From a virus (lineage: Duplodnaviria; Caudoviricetes): a DNA stretch of 64,000 nt. Position 1 is the stretch's first letter, and every line of letters starts with the position of its first letter. The stretch spans positions 32,001-96,000 of IMG/VR virus record IMGVR_UViG_3300048503_000032; one strand, written 5' to 3'. The position numbers and the translations under genes are program-made. This document shows, in pieces, positions 18,914-28,628 of the stretch. Under the pieces are notes generated by a model. It saw only the letters and a program-made list of their open reading frames with translations, did no database searches and was not told the DNA's origin.

Positions 18914-21900
18914 ATGTTCAGGATACTGCGCAGCTGGCATACGGCATTCAAAGCTCGGATGATTCGATACTTTCGCACCCGCGAGGTGGTGAAGGTATTC
19001 AGTGTCATGCATGCAGAAGAGTTGCGTCTGACACCGATTGAGAACTGGCCTTTGGTCAAGGCTCGGCAAAATCAAGAAATCAGGATGTTGAGAGCAGGAC
19101 AGAATCTTATCGTAGACAGGAAGTCGTGGGCGTTCCCTTACCTCCCGTCATGTTTAGACGACCAGACTGAAATTCTTACCAAGCGGGGGTTTATCCCGGT
19201 TACAGCGATGAAGCGTAGCGATATGTTCGCTACGCGGCATCCTGTGTCTCATCGGTTTGAGTGGCAGCGGGCTGGGCGGATTGTTCGGTCTAGGTACAAA
19301 GGTGAGATGGTGGAGATGCTGGGGCAGCAGCTCGACGTTCTGGTGACTCCGAATCATCGAGTTGTTAATATCCAGAAGACTGAGGGCATTGATCGTTTAT
19401 TGTGTTCGTCATCTGAGCAGATTGACTTAGCAGGCGACCTGTCTACGACCAACCGACGCAGTATTTATGCTTTGCCTCTTACGGCCAAGCCGGATAAGTC
19501 GTATAGTATGGTTCCGCAGTCGGTCGTCTTGACGCCAATCAAGAGGAATATACAAGACCGTAATTCGCTGGAGCTTGATATTCCATTCGAGGTTTGGGTA
19601 CAGTTTCTTGCTCTGTATCTAGCAGAGGGATGTTGTGACGGAACGACGGAAGGGATCGAGTTTGGTACTGGTGTTTCGTTTGAAGGGTATGAGGAGAAGT
19701 GGAATAAATTGCTTGCGGACTTTGAGGCAGATCCGTTCGAGGTAGCGGAGCGGCGGCGGAATAACAAGTATCGGGTGCGGATTGCGTGCGCAGAGGGGTC
19801 GGAGATTCGCAAGGACGTAGCGGAGCTGCTTGCACAGATGCCGAATACTTGGACGCCGAATAAGTTCGGGTTTGACTGCGGATGCAAGGCTTTGTGGATG
19901 GCGTTGTTTCCTTTTGGGCATTGCTGGACGAAGTACGTTCCGGACGATGTTAAGAATCTTCCGGTCGAGCACCTGGGGGCGTTTCTTGATTGGTTAATGA
20001 AGACGGATGGATATTCAGCGCATGGCGATGATTATCATCAAGAGTATGGGACGACGAGCAGAAGGTTCGCCGAGGACGTACAGGAGATTTTACTCAGGCT
20101 CGGGTATCAGGTAGGTGTTCGTACAAAACTGATGGATTGCGGCTCGACATTCTACAGAATATCGTTTAGTCGTGAGCAGTATTGTAACGTGAGGTCTATC
20201 CGTCGTGTGGACTATGATGGGTATGTTTACTGTCCGTCAGTTCCCAATGGGATTATTTGTGTGCGCCGGAACGGGAAGATTCATTGGACTGGTAACAGCG
20301 TTCAGCGGCTTTCTATGCCAGTTTCCAAGTCGACGCCATTTAACCTGAGACGTTTCTCACGGACTCCGGTTGCGCGTAGGGCCATCAACCTCATCAAGAA
20401 TTCAGTGACTGCTCAGGCCTGGGATGTACGTCCGATCGATGGGATTCCAGTAGACGATCCTGACGAGCAGGCACAGCGTATCAAGATCGCCAAGGCGATC
20501 TTTAACCACCCCAACAATACCGAAAGTCATCAGTCCGAGCTGGAGATGGAGATCGAGGATCTCTGCATCATGGGAGCGTCGGCTACGGAGCTGCGCTTGA
20601 CGCTTGACCCGAAGCGTCCGCTCAAGATGTGGCCAATGGACGCATCGACTGTTAGAATATTTGTCAGTTGGTCGGAGTCTACGCCCGACTTGCCGCACTA
20701 CGCACAGATGACAGGCTTGCAGGGAGAGCGCGGAGCGATCTTGTTTTACGACGACGAGATCATGTACATCAAGGACAATCCGGCGACGGATAATCCGTTT
20801 GGTTTGGGCAAGCTCGAGACAGCATTCCAGGTTGTGAATGATTTGCTTGGCGTGCAGCGTATGTCAGGTATGGCAGGATCTGATCAGACTAGAAAAAACT
20901 GGCTGTGGTGGGAGCAGCCTCAGACTGACGAGGCATTTCAGATCGTGCGTCGTCATATTCAGAATGAACTTGAAGGACAGGCGAAGGTATCGCTCATCGG
21001 GGGTATGAAGAAGCCCGATGTGCTGGAGATCACGCCGGTCACTATCGATGACTTGCTACTGCCCTGGCACGAGATGTTGATTCGCATGATTGCGAATGCG
21101 TTTGATATGTCGGCGATGGCTCTGGGCATCGAGCACGACGTGAATCGCGCAGTGGGAGATGTACTCAAGGATTCCGACTTCCGCTCGGCTGTGGTGCCGA
21201 TGGCGAAGAGGATTCAGGAAGCGCGCACCAGAAAGATTCTGCACAATAAGCTGGGCTGGTACGACCTTGAGTATGTGTTCCTGAGCTTGGATGATCCGGA
21301 CTTGGAAACCAAGACGGATATGAACGCGCGCATGTACTCGGCGAATGCGCTGACTCCGAATGAATGGCGGCTGAGCGTTGGCAAGCAGCCGTTGAAGTCT
21401 TCGTTCGCAGACTTGACACAGTTCGAGGCCATGATGCTGAATCAGGAGTTGATGGCTCAGTTGACGGATCAGTCGGCGCAGAAGACTTTCGACCGTCAGC
21501 AGTCGGCGCAGCAGTCGGCCCCGGCTGGCGGAGCAGGAGGAGAAGGCCCGAAGCCTCCGTCGCAGGGATCGATCTCACGCGGTGGACAGATTGAATCGCC
21601 GAAGCCTATGGCGCTGCCGAAGTTCCCGATTGCTGGCACCAAGTGGAATGCTCGGGAGATTGCACAGATGCCGGTTAACGATTTGGCGCAGCGTATCGAC
21701 GGTGGAGAGTTGCCGCATCCGAAGAAGCTGTTGATCGACATGCAGAATCAAGATCCGAATATCCTTGAGCAGATGTCGGATCAGGTGAAGGACTACTTCA
21801 AGCATGTACTGGACGACGAGGCATCGGAAGATCAGGACGAAGAGATCCCGCAGAAGACGCTCGATCAGATGATGAAGGAATTGCGCAAGCGGACAAGCAA

Positions 21901-22054
21901 GCAGAATAATCGCTCGGACGATATGACGCAGTATCTTCAGGACGTCAATCAGCGGTGGAAGATGGCGACGCCCGGAAAGCCTGGAGCAAAGACGTATCGG
22001 GCAGTGAAGAATCCCGGTAAGCCGGGAACACCGCCAGCGGCAAGATCGCTGTAG
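18914..22054 (+). CDS. portal protein with intein and long C-terminal extension
   Basis: Portal-like motifs (LRRFSRTPVARRAI, HPNNTES, FGLGKLE, IANAFDMSAMALG, LTPNEWR); sits between terL and protease; the ORF track starts at 18896. Confidence 0.9.
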   Translation: MFRILRSWHTAFKARMIRYFRTREVVKVFSVMHAEELRLTPIENWPLVKARQNQEIRMLRAGQNLIVDRKSWAFPYLPSCLDDQTEILTKRGFIPVTAMKRSDMFATRHPVSHRFEWQRAGRIVRSRYKGEMVEMLGQQLDVLVTPNHRVVNIQKTEGIDRLLCSSSEQIDLAGDLSTTNRRSIYALPLTAKPDKSYSMVPQSVVLTPIKRNIQDRNSLELDIPFEVWVQFLALYLAEGCCDGTTEGIEFGTGVSFEGYEEKWNKLLADFEADPFEVAERRRNNKYRVRIACAEGSEIRKDVAELLAQMPNTWTPNKFGFDCGCKALWMALFPFGHCWTKYVPDDVKNLPVEHLGAFLDWLMKTDGYSAHGDDYHQEYGTTSRRFAEDVQEILLRLGYQVGVRTKLMDCGSTFYRISFSREQYCNVRSIRRVDYDGYVYCPSVPNGIICVRRNGKIHWTGNSVQRLSMPVSKSTPFNLRRFSRTPVARRAINLIKNSVTAQAWDVRPIDGIPVDDPDEQAQRIKIAKAIFNHPNNTESHQSELEMEIEDLCIMGASATELRLTLDPKRPLKMWPMDASTVRIFVSWSESTPDLPHYAQMTGLQGERGAILFYDDEIMYIKDNPATDNPFGLGKLETAFQVVNDLLGVQRMSGMAGSDQTRKNWLWWEQPQTDEAFQIVRRHIQNELEGQAKVSLIGGMKKPDVLEITPVTIDDLLLPWHEMLIRMIANAFDMSAMALGIEHDVNRAVGDVLKDSDFRSAVVPMAKRIQEARTRKILHNKLGWYDLEYVFLSLDDPDLETKTDMNARMYSANALTPNEWRLSVGKQPLKSSFADLTQFEAMMLNQELMAQLTDQSAQKTFDRQQSAQQSAPAGGAGGEGPKPPSQGSISRGGQIESPKPMALPKFPIAGTKWNAREIAQMPVNDLAQRIDGGELPHPKKLLIDMQNQDPNILEQMSDQVKDYFKHVLDDEASEDQDEEIPQKTLDQMMKELRKRTSKQNNRSDDMTQYLQDVNQRWKMATPGKPGAKTYRAVKNPGKPGTPPAARSL
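19151..20296 (+). mobile_element. intein (382 aa) with LAGLIDADG-type homing endonuclease, in the portal
   Basis: Block A CLDDQTEILT, block B VTPNHRV, endonuclease blocks LALYLAEG and FLDWLMKTDG, C-terminal VYCPSVPNG...TGN followed by Ser+1. Confidence 0.93.
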
Positions 22055-22068
22055 ATTTATTTAGTCGG

Positions 22069-22107
22069 TAGTTCGCTGTTGGAGAGATGCGGGGCAGAGG
22101 GCATTCT
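22069..22107 (+). promoter_or_regulatory. late-type promoter motif, copy 3 (protease/capsid)
   Basis: TAGTTCGCTGTT-N21-CATTCT-N6-ATG(22114). Confidence 0.65.
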
Positions 22108-22113
22108 TACGAC

Positions 22114-23577
22114 ATGAATTACGGACTTCATCTATCCGGTGTGCAGATCGAGAGTTTGGAAGCTGACTCTCAGCATCCGAATAAGATGAAGTTCAGAGGT
22201 GTGATTTGCAGGTTGGATGAGGCCAGTTCTAAGCCGCCGAACGGCGCGCAGGGGCATCGTATCTTCGTTCCGACTGAAGTAGCCAAGCGTAGGCTGAAGA
22301 CTTTGATCGGTATGGGCTTGAACTATGCGCCGGATCTTGACAGTCATTCGCAGCGGCGCAAGGTTGGGGTGATCAATAAGGCCTGGATCGACGGTAAGGA
22401 TTTACGAGTAGAAGGACACGTATGGAAGCATGACTTCCCCGAAGCTGAGAAGGATCTGAAGCAGGCGGGGTTGGGCATGAGCATGGAGCTGGGCGATGTT
22501 CGCGTAGACGATCCGAAGGCGGATGTCTGGACATTGGATGATTTCCAGTTCCTGGGGGCGACGATATTGTGGCGGGACAGTGCTGCATATAACAGAACGC
22601 AAGCAATAGCGGCGAGAGCCGAGCAAAGGGGAGGAAGCATGTCAATCACGAAGACAAAGAGGACACCGGCTCGTACCTCGCATGGCACCGATCGCTTGGT
22701 ACAGATCGCCGCGGAAGCTGCTGCTGGGGCCGTCAAAAAGTCCAGCCGCCAGATTCTCGAAGTTCTCAAGACGCAAACAGACACCCTGGGCGAGATCACT
22801 GCCCAGAATGAGGAGTTGGAGTCGCGTATTGCGGCGCTGGAGAGCGGTCACGTTGACGCGGCCGGCGACGCGGCGAGTTCCAGTTCCAGCAGTTCCAGCG
22901 ATGGTGAGGTCGGCGCGAAGGCGGCTACATCGTCCAGTTCCAGTTCGGCCAGTTCCAGCGCCAGCAGCGATGAGGACGACATGGAGACTCGCGGCAAGGT
23001 GAAGGCCAAGGCCGCGCCAGCGTCCAGTTCGTCTTCGAGCAGCGAGGATGTCGATGCGGATGTCGACACTGGCGACTTGGAAGAGATCGAGAAGGCCAAG
23101 GGCAACACTGGCCACGCCAACGAGGACGCGGAGAATCGCGGAGACGACGGCGCTGGCGAGCTTGCCAAGAAGGTAGGCCCGACGGTCGCTGCCCAGCAGA
23201 TTAAGGCGTTGCGCAAGAAGTTACATGCCGAGCGCGACAAGACTGCGAAGCTGCGCACATCCAACGAGCAGCTTCAGGCATCGGTCGCCAAGCTGACCAA
23301 GAAGATCGACAAGGTGTCCAAGCAGGTGACCGCGGCCAGCGAGAGTCTGGGTCGCCGTTCGGTTTCGCCGGAGATCTCTGCGATGCTGGCGAAGAGCAAC
23401 ATTAGCGCGTCGGACATGTACGCGGCTGGCACCAAGCTGTCGGTTGAGGAAGTGGACGGCGTCATCAAGGCCAGCGGATTGAGCCTCAGCCCGCAGGACA
23501 GCATGGCCATGAAGAACGGCTTCCTGAAGGCCGGATTGATGGAAGATGGACGGGTAGAGCGCGGTAGCAACCGCTAA
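22114..23577 (+). CDS. prohead protease fused to scaffold
   Basis: N-terminal HK97-like protease (DSH...KVGVI...GMSME), then acidic/Ser-rich and coiled-coil region; internal GGAGG-ATG (MSITK) could give a separate scaffold product; lies between portal and capsid. Confidence 0.8.
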   Translation: MNYGLHLSGVQIESLEADSQHPNKMKFRGVICRLDEASSKPPNGAQGHRIFVPTEVAKRRLKTLIGMGLNYAPDLDSHSQRRKVGVINKAWIDGKDLRVEGHVWKHDFPEAEKDLKQAGLGMSMELGDVRVDDPKADVWTLDDFQFLGATILWRDSAAYNRTQAIAARAEQRGGSMSITKTKRTPARTSHGTDRLVQIAAEAAAGAVKKSSRQILEVLKTQTDTLGEITAQNEELESRIAALESGHVDAAGDAASSSSSSSSDGEVGAKAATSSSSSSASSSASSDEDDMETRGKVKAKAAPASSSSSSSEDVDADVDTGDLEEIEKAKGNTGHANEDAENRGDDGAGELAKKVGPTVAAQQIKALRKKLHAERDKTAKLRTSNEQLQASVAKLTKKIDKVSKQVTAASESLGRRSVSPEISAMLAKSNISASDMYAAGTKLSVEEVDGVIKASGLSLSPQDSMAMKNGFLKAGLMEDGRVERGSNR

Positions 23578-23613
23578 TAACGGCGGCATCAACTTGAAGG
23601 GAGTACTACAAAA

Positions 23614-24672
23614 ATGAGAGGCCATGCAACATTCGTTGATCCGTCGTTAGATCAGGTCTTGTCTCAGATCGGTATGGCTGGCCGCGGAGCCGGTCGTCCG
23701 GCAGGAGGCACCATCTCGGCTGCGGCGGACTACTTGGCTCCCGGTGCTATCGAGATCAACCGATACGCGACCGAGATCGTGGATATGGTGCGCAGGCGCT
23801 TCGTGCTTGGCCAGCGCATCAATCAGACGCTGGCCACAGGCCAGCCTCACCGCTACTTCGAGCAGCTGGCCATTCCGACGGCCACCGCGACCAACCCTCG
23901 CGCTCTGGTAGCGACCGCAACACAGCCGGTTCGTCAGGAGCGCGTGGTGGCGTTGAAGGCCATCGTCGCTCAGATCAACTACGGTTTGTTCGACGTGGAG
24001 ATCAACCAGCAGCAGGGGCAGTTCGCATATCTGGAGGCCAAGGATCTCACCGACACCGTCGATGGCGTTCTGAAGCTGCATGACCAGAATCTGTGGAACG
24101 GCACCGACACCGACCTGTTCTTGCAGACCAGCACGCAGTACTTCGGCATCTCTGGTCAGATCTTGCAGGGCAACGCTTCACTGGCGGGTCTGGGCATCGC
24201 GAGCATCGCAGCCACCGGCTCGTTGGTTGACGGCTACAAGCTGGCAGTGGCGAACATGGCCAATCGGCAGGACTTCGAGGTCAGGCCGACGGCGATCTAC
24301 GGCAACCCGACGCTGTGCAACCTGTTCGACCAGGAAGTGTACGACGCTGGTCGGCAGCTGTTCTACAACCAGGTCGAGGTTCTGCCTGGTGTGGTGGTCA
24401 ACGGCATCCCCACTCAGGTGGGCATCCTGCCGCTGGTCAGCGATCCGGCGATCAACAACGTCGCGGCCGCTGGTGGACTGACTCAGTACACGGGCTTCAT
24501 CCTGTCGGACGTGGACATGATCAAGTACGCGTATCTGACCGATCCGCTGCCTCGGGTTTTCCAGCTTGGATTGCTTGGGAGCCTCGCCAGTCAATATGTC
24601 GTGGTGAAGTTTGGCGCGCCTTATGTGGAGGGCAATTTTTACGCGCACCAAGCAATTACGGCCATCCGCTGA
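23614..24672 (+). CDS. major capsid protein
   Basis: 352 aa directly after protease/scaffold; strongly biased codon usage; followed by a terminator. Confidence 0.85.
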   Translation: MRGHATFVDPSLDQVLSQIGMAGRGAGRPAGGTISAAADYLAPGAIEINRYATEIVDMVRRRFVLGQRINQTLATGQPHRYFEQLAIPTATATNPRALVATATQPVRQERVVALKAIVAQINYGLFDVEINQQQGQFAYLEAKDLTDTVDGVLKLHDQNLWNGTDTDLFLQTSTQYFGISGQILQGNASLAGLGIASIAATGSLVDGYKLAVANMANRQDFEVRPTAIYGNPTLCNLFDQEVYDAGRQLFYNQVEVLPGVVVNGIPTQVGILPLVSDPAINNVAAAGGLTQYTGFILSDVDMIKYAYLTDPLPRVFQLGLLGSLASQYVVVKFGAPYVEGNFYAHQAITAIR

Positions 24673-24695
24673 CGAGACGTAGACAGGTAACAGAT

Positions 24696-24730
24696 GAGGC
24701 TCCAGAGTAAAATCTGGAGCCTCTTTTCTT
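24696..24730 (+). terminator. intrinsic terminator
   Basis: GAGGCTCCAGA/TCTGGAGCCTC stem plus TTTTCTT. Confidence 0.85.
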
Positions 24731-24830
24731 GTATAATGGACACATGAGCTTGAGGCCCAAAGGCGCCAAGATCAAAGCGGGATTGATTGATCGGACGTCT
24801 AAATGACTGATTAGACGTGACAAATTAGCC

Positions 24831-24890
24831 AAAATAAAGACTTGACACGTTCTGCGTATAGTGGCATCATTAGGACGTGGTACAGGAGAA
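24831..24890 (+). promoter_or_regulatory. sigma70-like (early) promoter, copy 2
   Basis: AAAATAAAGAC-TTGACA-N17-CATCAT...GTGGTACAGGAGAACGGCAT. Confidence 0.7.
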
Positions 24891-24896
24891 CGGCAT

Positions 24897-25247
24897 ATGC
24901 AAATCACGCGGGACATGGTCAAGGCGGCGGTCAAGCAGAGTATGATCTTTCCGTCGGAGCACTTCGGTCTGCGCGTCGGCGAGAACTGGCCTGAGTTTGT
25001 GACGGAGGTTCTGAGGTCGGAGACGGTGCAGGCTGCATTGCTGAGCGATTTCACGCTGGCTCAGATGGTAGCAATGCAGATGGTTACGAAGACGGACGGT
25101 AAGGTGCAGCCGTTGGATGTCGCCAAGAATCAGCAGTTCGCTGAGGCGTTCCTGCGCTGGCTCTATATCGGTGTCGAGATCGGCAAGCAGGTTGCAGAGG
25201 CTGAAAAGCTGGAGGCAATGTTTGGCGGCGATCAGGTTGCGCAGTAG
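24897..25247 (+). CDS. hypothetical protein
   Basis: AGGAG RBS before MQITRD. Confidence 0.65.
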   Translation: MQITRDMVKAAVKQSMIFPSEHFGLRVGENWPEFVTEVLRSETVQAALLSDFTLAQMVAMQMVTKTDGKVQPLDVAKNQQFAEAFLRWLYIGVEIGKQVAEAEKLEAMFGGDQVAQ

Positions 25248-25544
25248 CTGTAAAAATATGTTTCGGAGGATATCCATATGTTCGACAAGATCGTTCTCGG
25301 TGTTGTGGTAGTCATTCTCGCGGCAACTTTCTTCTTCCCGGCGATTGCTCAGGTGTACGATGAGATGTTCGGCGACGGTGGGACTGCCGGTGTAGTAACG
25401 GATGCACGCGTTTCCCGTGAGGACTGAAGATGACTCCAGAATTAGCAGCACAGTGTAACGGGTTTCTGGCATGGTTCATTCCGGCGCTGGCAGTGTTGTG
25501 GGTTGCTGGGGTGCGGTTGGTTGTTTGGTTGGAGCGCAAGGATT

Positions 25545-25583
25545 GAGTTTGCTGTTGCGCTGGGGTGGCGCACAGGGCATTCT
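25545..25583 (+). promoter_or_regulatory. late-type promoter motif, copy 4 (polyvalent proteins)
   Basis: GAGTTTGCTGTT-N21-CATTCT-N6-GTG(25590). Confidence 0.6.
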
Positions 25584-25589
25584 AGTAGT

Positions 25590-28500
25590 GTGAACCTCGC
25601 TCACCTGTCTACGATCTCTACCAATGCGACGTCGGGCCTCCTGTCGAAGACACAGGGGGCTTTGGCGCGTGCTATCGAGGCATATTCCGATGATGAGGAT
25701 AGAGATTCGTCTGGGAAGTGGACGAGCGGGGATGATCGGCGCGCTCAGAGTGTTTTGAAGCCTCAGGTGGAATACGAGCAAGTTGTGAAGAACTACATGG
25801 AGGATATCCGGCAAGGTAAAGATGTCGGAGCGGTGCTGGTGAGCGATAAGGATCATTCGCATATCGTCGATGGAAATCATAAGACTGAGGCGTACTTGCG
25901 TTTGGGTAAGCAGCCACCTCGCGTGTATGCTGTGGATCGGCTTAAGACACTTATCCAGATGGGACAGGAAAATAAAACGGCTGATGAGGTAGCTGACAGT
26001 ATCGGAGAATGGCTGAAGTCTGAAGACATAAAAGCCTACTCGGAGGATGAGGAGCGCGACGATCACGGCAAGTGGTCATCGGGCGGCAGTCTGAAGCCTG
26101 CGGAGGAAGATCGCACTCAGTGGCCGCAGCACATTCAGGATCTGAAGGTTCCGCCGGCGTGGAAGGACGTTCACTACTCGGACGATCCTAAGGCGGCTCT
26201 GCTGGCGACTGGCAAGGATGCCAAGGGCCGTGATCAGCGGGTGTACTCGAAAGAGTTTCAGGACTCACAGGCGGGGCTGAAGTTCGAGCGGGTGGAAGAG
26301 CTGGGGAAGCAGATGGGATTGATCGACCAGCAGTTGATTGCCGATCGCAAGAGTGACGATGATAAAACCAAAGAGCATGCGGATGCGGCTCTGCTGGTGC
26401 GCACGATGGGAGTTCGTCCTGGCAGCGAGACGGATACCAAGGCCAAGGTACAGGCTTACGGGGCGACCACGCTCGAGGGCCGTCATGTGCGCGTTAGCAC
26501 GACGGGCAATGTCAGATTGAACTTCACCGGCAAGAAGGGCGTAGGCATCAATCTGCCGGTCGAAGACAAACAGGTCGCTGCGATGCTGGTATCGAGAAAG
26601 GCCGACGCTGGCAACAGCGGACAGATATTCCCGCATGTGTCGAACAGCAGTCTGCTCGACTATGTCCACGACAACCTGGATCATGGCGGTTTCAAGAGCA
26701 AGGACTTCAGGACGTATCTCGGCACATCGACGGCTCAGGGTCTGGTGTCATCGATGAAGGAGCCTGCTACGCCCAAGGATTATGTGAAGGCTGTTCGGTC
26801 TGTGGCGTCGGCTGTAGCGGAGAAGCTCGGGAATACTCCCGCGGTAGCGTTGTCATCCTACATAGCTCCACAGGTTTTCAGCGGATGGAAGATGCATGCT
26901 GGTGTGACAGCAGAGGCTATGGAGTTGCCTCAGGTCTACTACGGTGAGGTGTCGGATAATCAGCGCGACTTCAGGGATGTGGCTGGGCTGTTTGATAGCA
27001 GTGATACGGATGATGGCGACGACAGCGATGGCAGTGTGGAGAAGATGCTCGGTTTCGATCCTGCGAAGATGGGGATTGCAGCATCAGTTTTACGACGGTC
27101 TACTGCGAGGGAACGTACGCAGAAGAAGGCGCTGTTCGTTAAGCGTGAATGTGCGACGTTGCTGGCGGAGTTCGATGAGGAGCAGCATCCACGCGATGAG
27201 CATGGAAAGTTTACGGATGGTGGAGGCGAGACCACTACCGATCGCACCAGTTGGCACTTCGATGACTTCCATCCAGAGGATAAAATCAACGGTATACCTC
27301 TGGCGCATATGTCGCATCCGGACTTCGAGAAATATACGAATCCTGACTTGAAGGAGACACCGCTGAAGGTCGGGCCTGGTCAGCATGCCGCGGCCGGCGT
27401 GATCATGATCGAGCCTGGGAACAAGGTGTGGATTGTCACGCCGGATAAATACTTCGGCGGGTACCGCAACACATTCCCTAAGGGCACACAGGAGTCTGGG
27501 GAGGCTTTGCAGACTACGGCGGTGAGGGAGACTTATGAGGAGTCGGGACTGGTGGGAAAGATTACAGGCGTGCTGGGCGACGTTGATCGCACTACGTCAT
27601 CTACGCGTTACTATATCGGGGAGCGGGTCGGGGGTTCGCCTGCGATGGCGGGCGAGGAGACCTACGCGGTCAAGCTCCTAGACCTCAACGATCCGAAGAC
27701 GGATGAGCGGTTGCAGGATGTAATGGGGAAGACCACCAAGGATGCGGACGTGCTCAGCATGATCAGAGAGCATCTCGGCATCGAGCAGCCTGCTCAGCCT
27801 GAGGCTCCAGCGACGGGAAAGATGACGGCAGCCGACATCATGGACAAGAAGATCGGCGGATCGCAGGGGTCGAATGTTGGCGGGTTCTATAAGGGCACGG
27901 ATGGCGTGGACAGGTATGTGAAGCTGTACAACAATCCGGAGCAGGCGCATGGCGAGGTGCTGGCGAATACTATCTATCGGGATCTCAACATCCCGGCCCC
28001 ACAGTCACAGGTGTTCAGTTTGCCGAACGGCAAGGAAGCATTCGCGTCGGATATAGTTCATGGCGGAAAGACGCTAGAGCAGACTGGTGTGACTAAAGAG
28101 AATGCTCGGGAGGTGTTGAAGGGCTTCGCCGCGGATGTGCTGACTGCGAACTGGGATACGGTCGGATTGACTTACGACAACATTCTGCTGAAGGGCGGAC
28201 AGGCGTATCGTTTGGATAATGGATCGGCATTCCTGTATCGCGCGCAGGGCGGACAGAAGCCAGATGCTCTGCTTAATAAGGTGACGGAGCTGAAGGGATT
28301 TCTTAGTCCTACGGTCAACCGAGAATATGCGAAGATGGCGAAGGTAGCGGGATACACTTCGGCGGATGAGATACCCGGATTTCGTTCTCAGGTGAAAGCG
28401 ATTGCGGCGCTCGAGAAGGTTGCCGGTGGTTGGGGTAAGTATTTGGATGCGAAAGCACCGTATCTGAGCGCGAACGAAAGGTCTAAGATAGGGGATATGC

Positions 28501-28628
28501 TGACCAGTCGAACGGCCGGGTTGAAGGAAGCAGCGGGTGTGAGCGATTCATTGCATGACAAGATTAAGAATCTATTTTCAGAGGCGGAAGATTCTGTTCG
28601 GCGAGAGGTAGTCGCATGCAGTCGGTAA
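25590..28628 (+). CDS. polyvalent protein 1: ParB-like + topoisomerase IB + Nudix + kinase-like domains
   Basis: IVDGNHK (ParB-like); TGKDAKGRDQRVY, GVRPG, FTGKKG, KDFRT, LGNT, SYI (TopIB); perfect Nudix box G-x5-E-x7-RETYEESGL; YVK...GEVLAN...NWD...DNIL...LDNG (PI3/4K- or HipA-like kinase). Confidence 0.85.
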   Translation: MNLAHLSTISTNATSGLLSKTQGALARAIEAYSDDEDRDSSGKWTSGDDRRAQSVLKPQVEYEQVVKNYMEDIRQGKDVGAVLVSDKDHSHIVDGNHKTEAYLRLGKQPPRVYAVDRLKTLIQMGQENKTADEVADSIGEWLKSEDIKAYSEDEERDDHGKWSSGGSLKPAEEDRTQWPQHIQDLKVPPAWKDVHYSDDPKAALLATGKDAKGRDQRVYSKEFQDSQAGLKFERVEELGKQMGLIDQQLIADRKSDDDKTKEHADAALLVRTMGVRPGSETDTKAKVQAYGATTLEGRHVRVSTTGNVRLNFTGKKGVGINLPVEDKQVAAMLVSRKADAGNSGQIFPHVSNSSLLDYVHDNLDHGGFKSKDFRTYLGTSTAQGLVSSMKEPATPKDYVKAVRSVASAVAEKLGNTPAVALSSYIAPQVFSGWKMHAGVTAEAMELPQVYYGEVSDNQRDFRDVAGLFDSSDTDDGDDSDGSVEKMLGFDPAKMGIAASVLRRSTARERTQKKALFVKRECATLLAEFDEEQHPRDEHGKFTDGGGETTTDRTSWHFDDFHPEDKINGIPLAHMSHPDFEKYTNPDLKETPLKVGPGQHAAAGVIMIEPGNKVWIVTPDKYFGGYRNTFPKGTQESGEALQTTAVRETYEESGLVGKITGVLGDVDRTTSSTRYYIGERVGGSPAMAGEETYAVKLLDLNDPKTDERLQDVMGKTTKDADVLSMIREHLGIEQPAQPEAPATGKMTAADIMDKKIGGSQGSNVGGFYKGTDGVDRYVKLYNNPEQAHGEVLANTIYRDLNIPAPQSQVFSLPNGKEAFASDIVHGGKTLEQTGVTKENAREVLKGFAADVLTANWDTVGLTYDNILLKGGQAYRLDNGSAFLYRAQGGQKPDALLNKVTELKGFLSPTVNREYAKMAKVAGYTSADEIPGFRSQVKAIAALEKVAGGWGKYLDAKAPYLSANERSKIGDMLTSRTAGLKEAAGVSDSLHDKIKNLFSEAEDSVRREVVACSR

